Notes under the pieces: generated by a model
Seen by the model: the letters and a program-made list of their open reading frames with translations, nothing else
Told to the model about the DNA's origin: nothing
The model's database searches: none
Translations under genes and position numbers: made by a program
Shown here: in pieces, positions 48,645 through 61,700 of the stretch
How the letters are laid out: each line of letters opens with the position of its first letter
How positions within the stretch are numbered: position 1 is the first letter of the stretch
DNA from: Mobula hypostoma
Lineage: Eukaryota
DNA length: 64,000 nt
Direction: 5' to 3'
Assembly (NCBI RefSeq): GCF_963921235.1
Contig: NC_086108.1
Coordinates: 30,690,001-30,754,000 of the forward strand

Positions 48645-51600
48645 TTTTACCTTACTTTACTTTATTGTCGCCAAACAATTGATACTAGAATGTACAATCA
48701 TCATAGTGATATTTGATTCTGTGCTTCCCACTCCCTGGATTATAAATCGATAGTAAAAATTAAACATTTAAATTATAAATCATAAATAGAAAATATAAAA
48801 ATGGAAAGTAAGGTAGTGCAAAAAAACTGAGATGGAGGTCCGGATATTTGGAGGCTACAACCCAGATCCAGGTCAGGATCCGTTTGGCAGTCTTATCACA
48901 GTTGGAAAGAAGCTGTTCCCAAATCTGGCCATACAAGTCTTCAAGCTCCTGAGCCTTCTCCCGGAGGGAAGAGGGACAAAAAGTGTGTTGGCTGGGTGGG
49001 TTGTGTCCTTGATTATCCTGGCAGCAGTGCTCCGACAGCGTGCGGTGTAAAGTGAGTCGAAGGACGGAAGATTGGTTTGTGTGATGTGCTGTGCCGTGTT
49101 CACGATCTTCTGCAGCTTCTTCCGGTCTTGGACAGGACAATTTCCATACCAGGTTGTGATGCACCCTAGAAGAATGCTTTCTATGGTGCATCTATAAAAA
49201 TTAGTGAGGGTTTTAGGGGACAGGCCAAATTTCTTTAGTTTTCTCAGGAAGTAAAGGCGCTGGTGGGCCTTCTTGGCAGTGAACTCTGCTTGGTTGGACC
49301 AAGTCAGGTCATTTCTGATATTGACTCCGAGGAACTTAAAGCTTTTGACCTGTTCCACTTGCGCACCACCAATGTAAATTAGGTCGTGTGGTCCGCTATT
49401 CCTTCTGAAGTCAACAACCAATTCCTTCGTCTTGCTGACGTTGAGGGGTAGGTTATTGTCTTCACACCATGCCACGAGGTTCTTAATTTCCTCTCTGTAC
49501 TCAAACTCATTATTACCCGAGATACGGCCTACAATTGTTGTGTCATCAGTCAACTTATATATTGAGTTGGATGGAAACTTGGCTACACAATCATGGGTGT
49601 ACAGTGAGTACAGCAGGGGGCTGAGTACACAGCCTTGTGGGGCACCGGTGCTCAGAGTGATTGTAGAGGAGAGCTTGTCCCCTATTTTTACAGCCTGGGT
49701 CCTGTCTGTGAGGAAGTTGAAGATCCAGCTGCAGATCTGAGCGCTAAGGCCCAGGTTCCGGAGCTTAGGAATCAGTTTATTTGGAATGATGGTATTAAAG
49801 GCAGAGCTGTAGTCATTGAAAAGGAGCCTTACATATGCATCTTAATTCTCCAGGTGTTCTAAGGAGGAATGTAGGGCCAGAGAGATGGCATCTGCCATTG
49901 ACCTGTTGCTCCGGTAGGCGAATTGCAAAGCGTCGAGGTTGACCAGTAGGCTGTGGTTGATGTGTGCCATAACCAATCGCTCAAAGCACTTCATAGCAAT
50001 TGATGTCAGAGCCACAGGTCGATAGTCATTCAGACATGCCACCTTGCTCTTCTTCGGCACTGGGATTATCGTTGCCTTCTTAAAACACAAGGGGATCTTA
50101 GACTGAAGCAAGGAGCAGCTGAAGATGTCAGCAAACACTCCAGCTAGCTCGCTTGCACAGGCCCAGAGAACCTGGCCCGGGACACCATCTGGGCCTGTCG
50201 CCTTCCTTGGATTTATCTTCAGGAAGGCCCTCCTAACATCCTCCTCGGTGACGTTGAATCTCGACGCCACCAGGTCCGTTCATCCGGAGGGAGCGGGACG
50301 CTCCTCTTCTGTTCGAATCTTGCATAGAATACGTTAAGTTCGTCAGGAAGAGAAGTGCCATAGTTATTGATAGTCCCAGCCTTTTCTTTGCGCCCAATGA
50401 TCTCATTTAGACCCTGCCATAGTCTACTGGCATCCCTCTGGTTAGCCTGGGCTTCCAACTTGGCTCGATATTGCCTTTTGGCACCCTTAATGGCTTTCCG
50501 GAGTTCACGCCTGTATTCCATGTAGCGACTGGTATCCCCAGACCTAAAAGCCGCAGCTCTGGCCTTTAAAAGGGACTTGACCTCATAATTCATCCAAGGT
50601 TTCCAGTTAGGGAATACCTGGATTGTCTTGCGAGACACACAGTCCTCCGTGCATTTCCAAATAAAGTCCGTGACAGCTGAGGCATACTCATCGAGGTTAG
50701 CTGCCGAGTCCTTGAATACTAACCAGTCCACCGATTCAAAGCAGTCATGGAGGACCTCATCCGTTTCCTCCGTCCAACGCGACACTACTTTTGACACCGT
50801 GACTCACCGCTTCAGTTTCTGTTTTTAAGCCGGGAGGCGGAGTACGGCCTGATGGTCTGATTTTCCAAAGTGAGGTCGTGGGATGGAACGGTAGGCATCC
50901 TTGACTGCTGTGTAGCAGTGGTCAAGTATACTCGGGCCTCTAGTGGGGCAGGAGACATGTTGGTATAACTTTGGTAGTGCCTTTCTGAGGTTGGCCTGGT
51001 TTAAGTCCCCGGCTGTCATGAGCAAAGCCGCTGGATACCTGGTCTCAAGTTCACTGATGTTGACATACAGTATGTTCAAAGTACACTCCACATCCACCTG
51101 GGGGGGAATGTAGACCGCTGTCAGTATGACCGAGGCGAATTCCCGTGGCAGATAGTAGGGACAACACTTCACCGACAGGTGTTCCAAATCCGGGCTGCAG
51201 GAGCTTGTCAGTGCCACTGTGTCCGAGCACCACGCAGTGTTGATCAGCAGGCAGACACCACCTCCCCTCGTCTTGCCCGAAGACGCCGTGCGGTCCATCC
51301 GATGGATCAAAAATCCCTCCGGTCGGATGGCACAGTCGGGGGTGGCAGGGGAGAGCCAGGTCTCGGTGAAACAGAATACACAGCGGTTCTGCATCTCCCT
51401 GCAGTAGGTGAGTCTCCCTTTAAGATGATCCACCTTGTTCTCTATGGCTTGCACATTAGCTAGTAGGATGGTGGGCATAGGGACCCGAAAGCCCTTCAGC
51501 TTCAATCTGACCAGCAGCCCAGCTCTTTTTTCACGCTTCCTCGGTAAATAATGCATCTTTCCAAGTTTCCATCGATGCAGTGTATTGTTGTCAGCTCTTT

Positions 51601-51700
51601 GAGGTTGGTGGACGCATTCCGCGGGGATCGACTGGCAGGTCACGTCGTTGGGTGCTCCGGGTCGGGCCCAGTGACGGGGGAGGCTCCGCTGCCACTTCCA
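48645..51700 (-). mobile_element. Young, nearly full-length Rex1/Babar LINE (APE + RT), inserted in an older Rex1 (48310-48640, 51720-51920)
   Basis: Long ORFs 50825-51643 (ILLANVQAIENK, FTETWL, AVYIPP, GDLNQ, LDHCY, GKSDH), 50219-50797, 49842-50270 (LNDYRPVALTS, QFAYR) and 48873-49553 (DDTTIVG). Only a few stops or frameshifts; CpG retained. Confidence 0.95.
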
Positions 51701-54290
51701 GCTGCCGGGGAATAATTACACCATGTCACTAAGCACTCCATCTCCTTCCTGTATTCTGATTCATTGTTTTATTTTGAGATCCGGGCCATTACGGTGGTAT
51801 CATCTGCAGGTTTGATGTGTTGGAGCAAAATGCGGCCATGTTCTTGTGACTATATAGTGAGAAGAAGAAGGGGCTGAGGATTCAGCCTTGTGGGGAATCA
51901 GTGTTGAGAATAATAGTAAATAATGAAGCTCACCCTGTAGATAGTGTAATAAAATTGTGAAAGATATTGATAACTACTCAATACCACAAGGAAATATATC
52001 ACAAAGTCACTCTGCACAAATGGCAAATCAACCACCCGATACTCCAGTCTCCTTTAAAAATTGGAGAGTCTCGCGTGCTTGAGCGCCTCCAGTGACTCCC
52101 AGAAGCTTGTAAGATCTTCATAAGGCTTCTCACAATCAGTGACTTTGACACTTGCTTCCACCTACCTTTATTGTCTGTACATTTTCTTATCTCAGCTACT
52201 TATTCTCACCCAGTCAGTCACTTTCTGCTACTTAGTTCTCAGCTGTGTGTGCATGCTGGCCATGATCTCTGGGCTGATAGCAGCCACTGTAAGCTCAGTG
52301 ATATTGAGAAGGCAGTGTCACCAGTTCACTACCAGCAGGTCTCACTTGTTTTCCCTCTTCCATCTTTAAAAGAAAGAGCTGTTTTGCAATATGAATGAAA
52401 GAAAAACTTGTACTTCTGAGCTTTTAGACAAACAATGCAACATTTCATAAAGTTTTGCTCAGACCTTTCAAAGATCCTTTATTGTTCACAATGTAATTGA
52501 CTTGCCAACTTTTATCACCAAGTCTCCTGTCTGTTTTTCAATGTAATCATAATGTTGAAAGTTCTCTTCGAGATGTAATCATTCCATTTGCAGTTCCATC
52601 CTAAATTAATTTGAGGTCAATTACAATTCCAACACAGGAGTGTTTGATATTGACTTAGCTGTGATACAGGAAAACATTCATGTGGCTTTACATCACTTTG
52701 TTTAATTCTTGGATGTGTCTTAAATCCATACAAGGTTTAAAAACTATGTGGGTCTTTCTGCTCCTGTGTGGTGTTGTGGTGGAAAAGCTTGAGTCACAGA
52801 ATCTTATCGCACAGAACATTCTGGCCTGTTGCCCACCATGTCCATGCTAACCATCAAGTACCTGCATACCTGAATCGCAAGATATACCTGAATTGCAAGA
52901 TATTCCTGAACCCAAAAGGCTGCTTAAAGAGAAGAAGAGAATTTCTAATGTTGTTGCACCTCTCTCGAACATAAGTCAAAAGAACAGCAAGAGAAAGAAA
53001 AATACAGCTGATTTTAGCCAAGAGGTTAATGTGGAGAAATAGCTTTTTGTAAATTGCATAATAAGGAACACAGCAGCAAACACTCCAGGGAGTTGAAAGT
53101 GAATCATTATACAAAAGGGAAACAGTGTTTGGTAATGCCAATTTCCAGAATGGAATATCCTTGCACCCCTCCCCCCTCTAGATACAGAAGCCATTGATAT
53201 GAAGTTTAAATTGAGTCATAATTAAAGTACGTTACTTGCCAATTATCTGGACTATATTGTGTATAATGCAATAAAACATGCCACAGCGATCTGAAAGCAA
53301 GCACTAGAAGTCATGACTGATTGAGACACTTAATCTTTTCAATTCTACTAAACCAAGGGCCACTGTCCAAGAAACTGAGAAAAGGGGATTAAAAACAAGT
53401 AGACTACTCAAAATATATATTTTAAAAATCAACCCTTTGCTTGGTTTACCCAGTTTTAAGTGAATTAGATTCTTGTCACCATAAAAACAAGATCCTTCTC
53501 ACGCCAGTCCCTTCCCTTTAGACTTCCACGCCCAGGCTGCATAGTTAATGTCAGTAATCCTGAGGTGTTTGTGTCTTTGTAACACTCAGCTTTCTAGAAA
53601 TGCTGACGCATGTACACAGGATTAGGTTGACTGAAAAAAGAGGCTTCCCTTGAATGAACAAAGCAGATTGGAAACATATTTAAGTATTGTTATTCTTATA
53701 ACCACTGATTAATGGCTCAGATGATTCTGCATAATTCAGCAGCATCTGGTTCTAGAAAGTGTTCATCAGGAAGCTTCAAAAACTATGAGGAGCTTACCAA
53801 TTTTTATGGCATTGTTATGAAATTGAATTGCCTAGAGTTACCCACTGACATCTTCTTGGACACCAATATTTAACCAAATGCCAAGGTAGAAAGTTCAGGT
53901 TTATGGTAGTAGCCAAAAAGACAATGGATAACCTGGGAAAGTATCTATAATTAGCTATGCACAGTCCAATAACGTATCCTGAACTGATGCTGGGAAACAT
54001 TCGGTGCTCCGGTGCCCAGATAAAGGGGAAGGCAGTGGTAAAAATCTGAACATGAAGAAGCTGGTTTCAATTTTACCGTACACACGTTTGTAATGCTTAT
54101 AAGGAATAGTTGGTGTCATTTATGAGTAATGTGGAGCTATAAAGGCTCAAGTCTAAGTGTTTATAAAGTTCAACATGTAAGGAGCTCTGCAGTTGCGTGT
54201 TAAACAAGTCCAGATCACTGAATGTGGCAGTTGCAACCAGATGGAAGGGTTCAGAATCACAGAATGATTACAAGGTGAAAGGGGGCCGTT

Positions 54291-55572
54291 CATAGAACAT
54301 AGAACACAGAATAGTACAGCACAGTACAGGCCCTTTGGCCCACAACATTGTGCTGACCCTCAAACCCTGCCTCTCATATAACCCCCCACCTTAAATTCCT
54401 CCATATACCTGTCTAGTAGTCTTTTAAATTTCACCAGTGTATCTGCCTCCACCACTGACTCAGGCAGTGCATTCCACGCACCAACCACTCTCTGAGTAAA
54501 AAACCTTCCTCTAATATCCCCCTTGAACTTTCCACCCCTTAATTGAAAGCCATGTCTTCTTGTATTGAGCAGTGGAGCCCTGGTGAAGTGGCGCTGGCTA
54601 TCCACTCTATCTATTCCTCTTAATATCTTGTACACCTCTATCCTCTCATCCTCCTTCTCTCCAAAGAGTAAAGCCCTAGCTCCCTTATTCTCTGGCCATA
54701 ATGCATACTCTCTAAACCAGGTAGCATCCTGGTAAATCTCCTCTGTACCCTTTCCAATGCTTCCACATCCTACGTATGGTGAGGCGATCAGAACTGGACA
54801 CAGTACTTCAAGTGTGGCCTAACCAGAGTTTTATAGAGCTGCATCATTACATCGCGACTCTTAAACTCTGTCCCTCGACTTATGAAAGCTAACACCCCAT
54901 AAGCTTTCTTAATCACTCTGTCTACCTGTGAGGCAACTTTCAGGGATCTGTGGACATGTACCCCCAGATCCCTCTGCTCCTCTACACTACCAAGTATCGT
55001 GCCATTTACTTTGTACTCTGCCTTGGAGTTTGTTCTTCCAAAGTGTACCAGCTCACACTTCTCCGGGTTGAACTCCATCTGCCACTTCTCAGCCCACTTC
55101 TGCATCCTATCAATGTCTCTCTGCAATCTTTTCCCTCGTCTCGTGGAGCAGCCTGGGGAATATTCCGTCAGGCCCCGGGGACTTATCTGTCCTAATGTAT
55201 TTTAACAACTCCAACACCTCCTCTCCCTTAATATCAACATGCTCCAGAACATCAACCTCACTCATATTGTCCTCACCGTCATCAAGTTCCCTCTCATTGG
55301 TGAATACTGAAGAGATGTATTCATTGAGGAGCTCGCTCACTTCCACAGCCTCCAGGCACATCTTTCCATCTTTATCTCTAATCGGTCCTACCTTCACTCC
55401 TGTCATCCTTTTGTTCTTCACAAAATTGAAAAATGCCTTGGGGTTTTCCTTTACGCTACTCACCAAGGCCTTCTCATGCCCCCTTCTTGCTCTTCTCAGC
55501 CCTTTCTTAAGCTCCTTTCTTGCTTCCCTATATTCCTCAATAGTCTCATCTGATCCTTGCTTCCTAAACCTC
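54291..55572 (-). mobile_element. Young CR1 3' part with an internal deletion
   Basis: KENPKAFF..KSPGPDGIFPRLLHETREKIAE fused to LQRDIDRMQKWAEKWQMEFN..YKTLVRPHL..FFTQRVVGAWNALP. Tail (TTCTATG)n. Confidence 0.95.
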
Positions 55573-56689
55573 ATTGCTTCAGCCCATTTAACTCAAACTG
55601 GCCCTAGGTAAGAACAATCTAGTTAGTTTCACACCTTTACCTTCACTCATGAAGTTCATCCCTTTTAGAGTATCCTCCAGAACCATTTTTAATGCATATT
55701 ACCACTTCTTAATAAGCAATACAGAGATCAATCCCTGTTTCTCCAACCTAATTAGCAAACTAAAATGCCTCAACCGAAGGATCACGGAAATGTAGAACCA
55801 AAGAAGAAGAAAAGGAACAGCAATAACCTGTTAATTCCTTCAAGCTGGTTCCACCATTCAATCTGGCCATGGATGGATGATCTTCCATCTCAGTATCACT
55901 TTTCCACTTTCTTTAAGTTCAAAGTTCAAAGTTCATTTATTATCAAAGTATGTAATCTATATACAATCTTGTGATTTGTCTTCTTGCAGGCAGCCTCAAA
56001 ACAAAGAAAGACAATAGTACCCATTTAAAAAAAACACAGGACAAAGACCGTCAAACACCCAATGTGTGAAAAAAACAACAAACGTGCAAACAATAAAAAA
56101 GTAAACAAATAACTCAGAGAACATGAACAGCAGAGTCCCGAAAGTGAGCCCACAGTCAATTCAGTGCTGTGGTGAGTTATGCCGGTCCAGGCCACATTTG
56201 CAGAGTCAGTTCAGTGCTCAGGTCAGTAAACCTCACAGAATAGTGAGCTGAACACCAGTTCATCCATCACACTCGACCTTCTCGCTTTGATCTTTAAATC
56301 TGGCTTGGCGCTAAAATTGGCCAAACGATTCATTTTCTGCTCTCAGGCCCAGGCCCTGCTGATTTGATCCGGTCCCAAGTGCCCTCCAGCAATGGCCAAA
56401 CGTCGGTTTGTTTTTTGATCTTGGACCCAAGCCCCGCCACTTCAGTCCGGCCCCGACCGCTCCACCAATGGCCAAATATCAGTTTGTTTTTCACTCTCAG
56501 GTCTGAGCCCTGTGACTTTGAGCTGGCCCCAAGCCCACTCCAGCAATGGCTGCCGTGGAAGTACCTGCATTCTTCAGGGTCTAGTTTGCTGAATCCTCAG
56601 GATACTGAAAAAGTGCTAGACTGTAAGATGGTTCAAAAGAACAACTCCCAAGGCGAAAGGGAATCTCCACATACCTCTTGATAAATACC

Positions 56690-57350
56690 TAGAAATGTGT
56701 ATGCTAACTTGAACATATTCAGCTAGGTATTTATTATCACGGTAGCGAATTCAATAGGTGCCTTCAGTCGAGTGAAGGCATTTCTCATCACATTGGTCCT
56801 TTGTCCTGTAACCTGAGGCTGTTATTGCCCATCCTAGACACCCAGCAAGTCTTTTCAGCCCTTTTTTCAGGTTTCAGTTGATTTCCCTCTGTTACTTCTA
56901 AATTTCAGTGAATATAAACCCAGTCTATTTAATTCCTCTTTATATGGCAGATCCAGACTCCCAGAAATCAGTCTAGTGAATTAATGCTGCACCTCCTTTA
57001 TAGTAAATATATCTTTTCCTAGGTGAGGAGAGCAAAACTGCACACAATATGCATTTAACCAAGACTTGATGTGATAGTAACAAGGCATGTTTGTTCCTCT
57101 ACTGAAATCCTTTTGCATGAAGGCAAATATGCCACTTGCTTTCAGAACTGCTTGCTGGTACTTGCATGTTTGCTTCTTATAATTGACGTAAATATTTTCT
57201 TGATAAAGCCTTCATGTCTTTCCAAAGATTGTGACAACCAGAACTGGACACCATGCTCCAGTTGTGACAACCCAGGGTTTTATAAAGATTCATCGTGACT
57301 TCTTTGCTGCTGTAATTTCTGCCTCTGTTTAGAAAGGACAGTGTGCTCTG
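56690..57350 (-). mobile_element. Decayed CR1 3' fragments
   Basis: NLYKTLGCHNWSM; aaactgcacacaatat; gtgaattaatgctgcac. Confidence 0.6.
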
Positions 57351-57493
57351 TACCCCCTTCATATCTGTTCTTCTAATTTTATAGTCTCTTTTCATCTTCC
57401 AGACTAAACTGTACTATTGCACAATTCTAAGTGTTTAAAACTTCATTTCTTTGCCTTCTATCTAGTCTGGTAACTTAGCACTACTGTTACCAG

Positions 57494-58356
57494 TGTGACG
57501 AGAATACACATAAAATTAAGATGTTTGCTGGCCTGGGCTAGCATCAGTGGCATCAGCAGTTGGTCTGCCACCTGCCCTCAGGGGCAGGAGAGATAAGGAA
57601 CAATGGAACAGCGTCTGGAGATGTGTAATGAAGGGACGTGGGAGAGAGAGAGCTGTCTGGAGCGGCTCCCCCTTTGAACCCTGAACTGTTTGAAGTGATG
57701 GACAGGCGATACCCCAGCAGGGGGATAAAAAGGGACCAGTTCGCTAAGGCAGGACACACACGCCACCCGAGGTAACGAGACCCTGGAAGCGGTGCGCCTC
57801 TCACGAGTGGGTGAGAAGTATCAGACAACGACCAGGGTGGAAAGGTACGATCAGCGGGAACCCGGTGTGTGTCCGCCCTTGCCTGGGTGCCGGATTCACT
57901 GCAGAGGATCGACCGCATCTGGAGGAGGGGTCACAGTCGGTGACCTCAGGTGACATCACCAAGGACCCGCCCAAAAGCTGCTTGTGAGCCATCTCGCCGG
58001 TCTGTGAGTGAAGTTGTGCTGAATGATCAGTTGTTCCTGTTCTCTCTGTCTCTCTTCCCCCACGTTGTCCATCCATGGCAACGATTACTGCGAACTGAAC
58101 TACTAAACTGGACTGAACTTTGAGTCACTTTTAAATTTGGTCATTTACCCCTAGACAACGATAGAGCTTGATTGATGCGGTTATCTTAATTCTGTGCACA
58201 TGTGTGGTTATCATTGCTGAACTGTTGCATTTATTATCCTTTCGATTACTGTGTTGCTTGTTTCTTTAATAAAACTTTCTTAGTTCTAGTACTCCAGACT
58301 CCAACTGAGTGATCCATTTCTGCTGGTTTGGCAACCCAGTTACAGGGTACGTAACA
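57494..58356 (+). repeat. Intact-looking solo LTR, 863 bp (Gypsy or ERV type)
   Basis: TGTGACG...CGTAACA ends, perfect 4-bp TSD CCAG, TATA-like GATAAAA at about 57724, AATAAA at 58268, CpG-rich. Confidence 0.9.
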
Positions 58357-59504
58357 CCAGAGACTCTTTACTGTAAACTATAGCCTTCAACCTTGGAAAT
58401 AAACCAATTATTGGCACCTTATCAAATGCCTTGGAAAGTAAAAGTTCCATTTGTTTAAATATACAGCTGTTTATATTTGCAACTATGAGCAACCACTCCC
58501 ATCGGAAAAGCATCCCAAAAACTGGGTCATCAGAGAAATAATAAGTGGACCAGGTTACTATATATTTATACTACATGACTATATGAGGCAATATACTGGG
58601 TGTTTTTAAGACTTGGCAGTTAACTCAACCTGGTGCTGATCAGAAATACTTTAGCGATTGACATAGCAATTTTACTAGCATTTTCTGTTTTGTTGTAAAG
58701 TCATAACATTTTATGTAAATTTATGACTGGAACTGACACAGTTTTCACAGAGAAAATCTCTGAGGGATGTTTATGTCATAAAGATGGCCTAAATTGTAGC
58801 CTTCAACTGTTGTGCAATCACCAAACAATCTTGCAACCTACTTTCTTGCTTTGATAGTTTGGAAGTTGCTATCTGTTCCCTTCTTTAATCTTTCTTGGCA
58901 ATTTTTTATTTTATGTGCCGCAGCAAAGAGACAATAACATTCGCCATCTCCTTACATAGATGGTACCAGCACATTCTTCTGTAACTAAAATTAATTGCCT
59001 ATATTCTGATTAAATGGTATAAATTCAATCATATACTTCCCAGAAAAAATCTTTTAGATTTAAGGCCAAGTGGTTCCTTCATTCCCCATCCCTGTCCACA
59101 TGAACTTGCTGTTAATATTGAGAATCCCGGAACTGATCAATATCTCAATGACTGGCATAAAGCCATGATAAAGGTTGATACATATGATTGAAAAAAGTGT
59201 TGAAACTCACAGTTCAAAGTTCAAATTACATTTATTAGGAAAGTATGTATACTATGTACAATCTTGAGGTTCATCTCCTTACAGGCAACCAGAACAAAAA
59301 ACCTAATGGAATCCATTAAAAAAAGATTCTCAAACATCCAATGTGCACAAAAAAATAAATCATGCCAACAATCAAATAAATACATAACATTCAGAACTGA
59401 AGTCCACAGCCACAAAGCCAGTCACAGCTGATCCAGGTTAGTTGCAAGCCAATTCTCAGTTTTTCTTAATCAATTTAGTACATTTGTAAGTAATAATACA
59501 AACA

Positions 59505-61700
59505 ATTAAGCAGGTCAGAAGGCATCCATGGAAATAAATGGACAACTGATGCTTCAGATCGAGACCTTTCATCTGGACTGTGATCTTGAATACATTTGTG
59601 GGTTTTGAGAATCATTTCTAAAGAAGTCCTACAACAGATAGATCGGATCAAAGTTCTGCAGTCCTCACAAGATCTAGTTGCATAAGGAGACGCAAGAGAT
59701 TTGCAGATGCTGGAATCTAGAGGAAATCAATGGTTGAACAACTTCTGTGGGGCAAAAGGAATTTCTGATGTTCAGATTGAGACCCAGCATCAGGACAGAA
59801 AGTGGAGAGGGAAGGTAGCTTGCATAAAGACGAGAGTGGGAGGGGTGAAACAGAGGCTGATAGATGAGAAATGAATTGCAGAGGTGTATGATGGATAGGT
59901 GGACAGTGGCTGATGAGTGATAGGGGAAAGCAGACAGAGAGAAAGAGTCAGAAGAATGCTGCCGATGCGGCCTCATGTACATTGGGGTGAGACCTGTCAT
60001 CAATTGGGGAATCGCTTCGTAAAGCACTTCCACAACATCCACCACAAGCGGGACCTCCCATTCTGATGTGTCAGTCCACGGCCTCCTCTTGTGCCAAGAT
60101 ATGAGTCCACCCTCAGGGTGGAGGAGCAACACCTTCTCATCCATTTGGGTACTCAACAACCTAATGGCATGAATATCAATTTCTGCTTTCAGTAAAAAAA
60201 AATCCCCCCCCCCCCATTCCCCACTCTGACCTTTTCTCTCTTCTCACTTGCCTTTTACTTCCCTTTCTCCTGTTGTCCACTCTCCTGTCCTATCAAATTC
60301 TTTCTTCTCCAGCCCTTTACCTTTCCACCTTCCTGGCTTCACCTATCCCCTTCCAGCTAGCCTCTTCCTCCCCACCATTTTATTCTGGCATCCTTCCCCT
60401 TCCTTCTCAGTCGCGAAGAAGGGTCTCAGCCCGAAAGGTTAATTACCTATTCATTTCCATGGATGCTGCCTGGCCTGCTGAGTTCCTCCAGTATTGTGCA
60501 TGTGTTACAGAAAAATGTTGGACTTGTGGGTGGGGTGAGGGTTGAGGCGGATGGGGAAGCGGAGGCTCAAAGTGGAGACAGGGGCTGGTGGGTGATAAGT
60601 AGACACACAACTGCCAACGTGCTAGTGTGGAAGGCGATAATGGGAACCATTAAAGAAGAGATGAAGGACAGATGGAACCAGATTGAAAGGAGATCCAACT
60701 GATGATGTGTGTGGATAGTAAGGGAGAGGGGGACGAAGATGTATGATGTGGCTTTGAGAATGGGTGTGGGGCAGGAAGCAAAAATAAAATTGCCAGAAAT
60801 AAATTGGAAAGAGAGGGAATGGAGAAAAGAGGAAGCTATCTGAAATTGGAAAATTCAATGTCCATTCCATTGGACTGTAGGCTACCCAAGCAGAACATGA
60901 GGTGTTGTTCTTCTGGTTTGCGCAGGGCTTCAGACTGGCAGTGGAAAGGAACGATGATGGACAGGTTGGTGTGGAAATGGAAAGAAGAATTAAATGAATC
61001 AGGAATTAGGAATCAGGCTTTTTATTATCAATGACATATGTTGTGAAATTAGTTATATTTATGGCAGCAGCATAGAACAAGATATTAAAAACTATAGATT
61101 ACAATGAAAAGATAAAATAAATGAGGAGAGTAAAAGAATATTGAGGCAGTGATGAAAGGGTCCATGGAGATTTCAGAAATCTGATAGCAGAAAGGAAGAA
61201 GCTTTTGCTAAAATATTGAATGTGCATCTTTAGGCTTCAATAACTGCTCACTGATGGTAATAATGAGAAGAGGACATGCCCTGGATGATGAAGGTCTTTA
61301 ATGATGGATGCTGCCCGCTTGTTGAATCACTTCTTGAATAGCATGGAATGGCTTGGTTGGCTGTTACAGGCAAAGCGCAGGTGATCTTTGAAGAGATCAC
61401 CGAGTCTGTGCTTGGTCTCGCCAATGTAGAGGAAGCCAAATGTAGTAGATAAGGTTGGAGAAGGTGCACATGAGCCTTGCCTATACCTATAAGAGTTGTT
61501 TATTACCCTGAATGGTGGTACGGGAGGAGTTGCCGGAACAAGTGTTGTACCTCCTTGAGGAAAGTACCAGGGGGTAGAGAGGGGTGGTTTACTGGCATGA
61601 GACACCCAACAAGTCATAGATGGACTGGTCCCTTTGGAAGGGGGTGAGGAGGGGAAAATGTGATTAGTGGTGGGATCCAGGACAGTGGGCAGCAGGCAAA
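59505..61700. mobile_element. Cluster of Penelope-like fragments in both orientations, with a Rex1 tail inserted at about 61000-61330
   Basis: GIY-YIG remnants LYIGETKHRLGDLFKDHL (-) and a YIG..R-type remnant at about 59975 (+). pLTR / hammerhead remnants at about 59545(-), 59765(-) and 60408(+). Confidence 0.75.

Noticed and set aside
52166-52364. Myb/SANT-like remnant on the minus strand
   Set aside because: Five stops would have to be repaired and the tryptophan spacing is not convincing.
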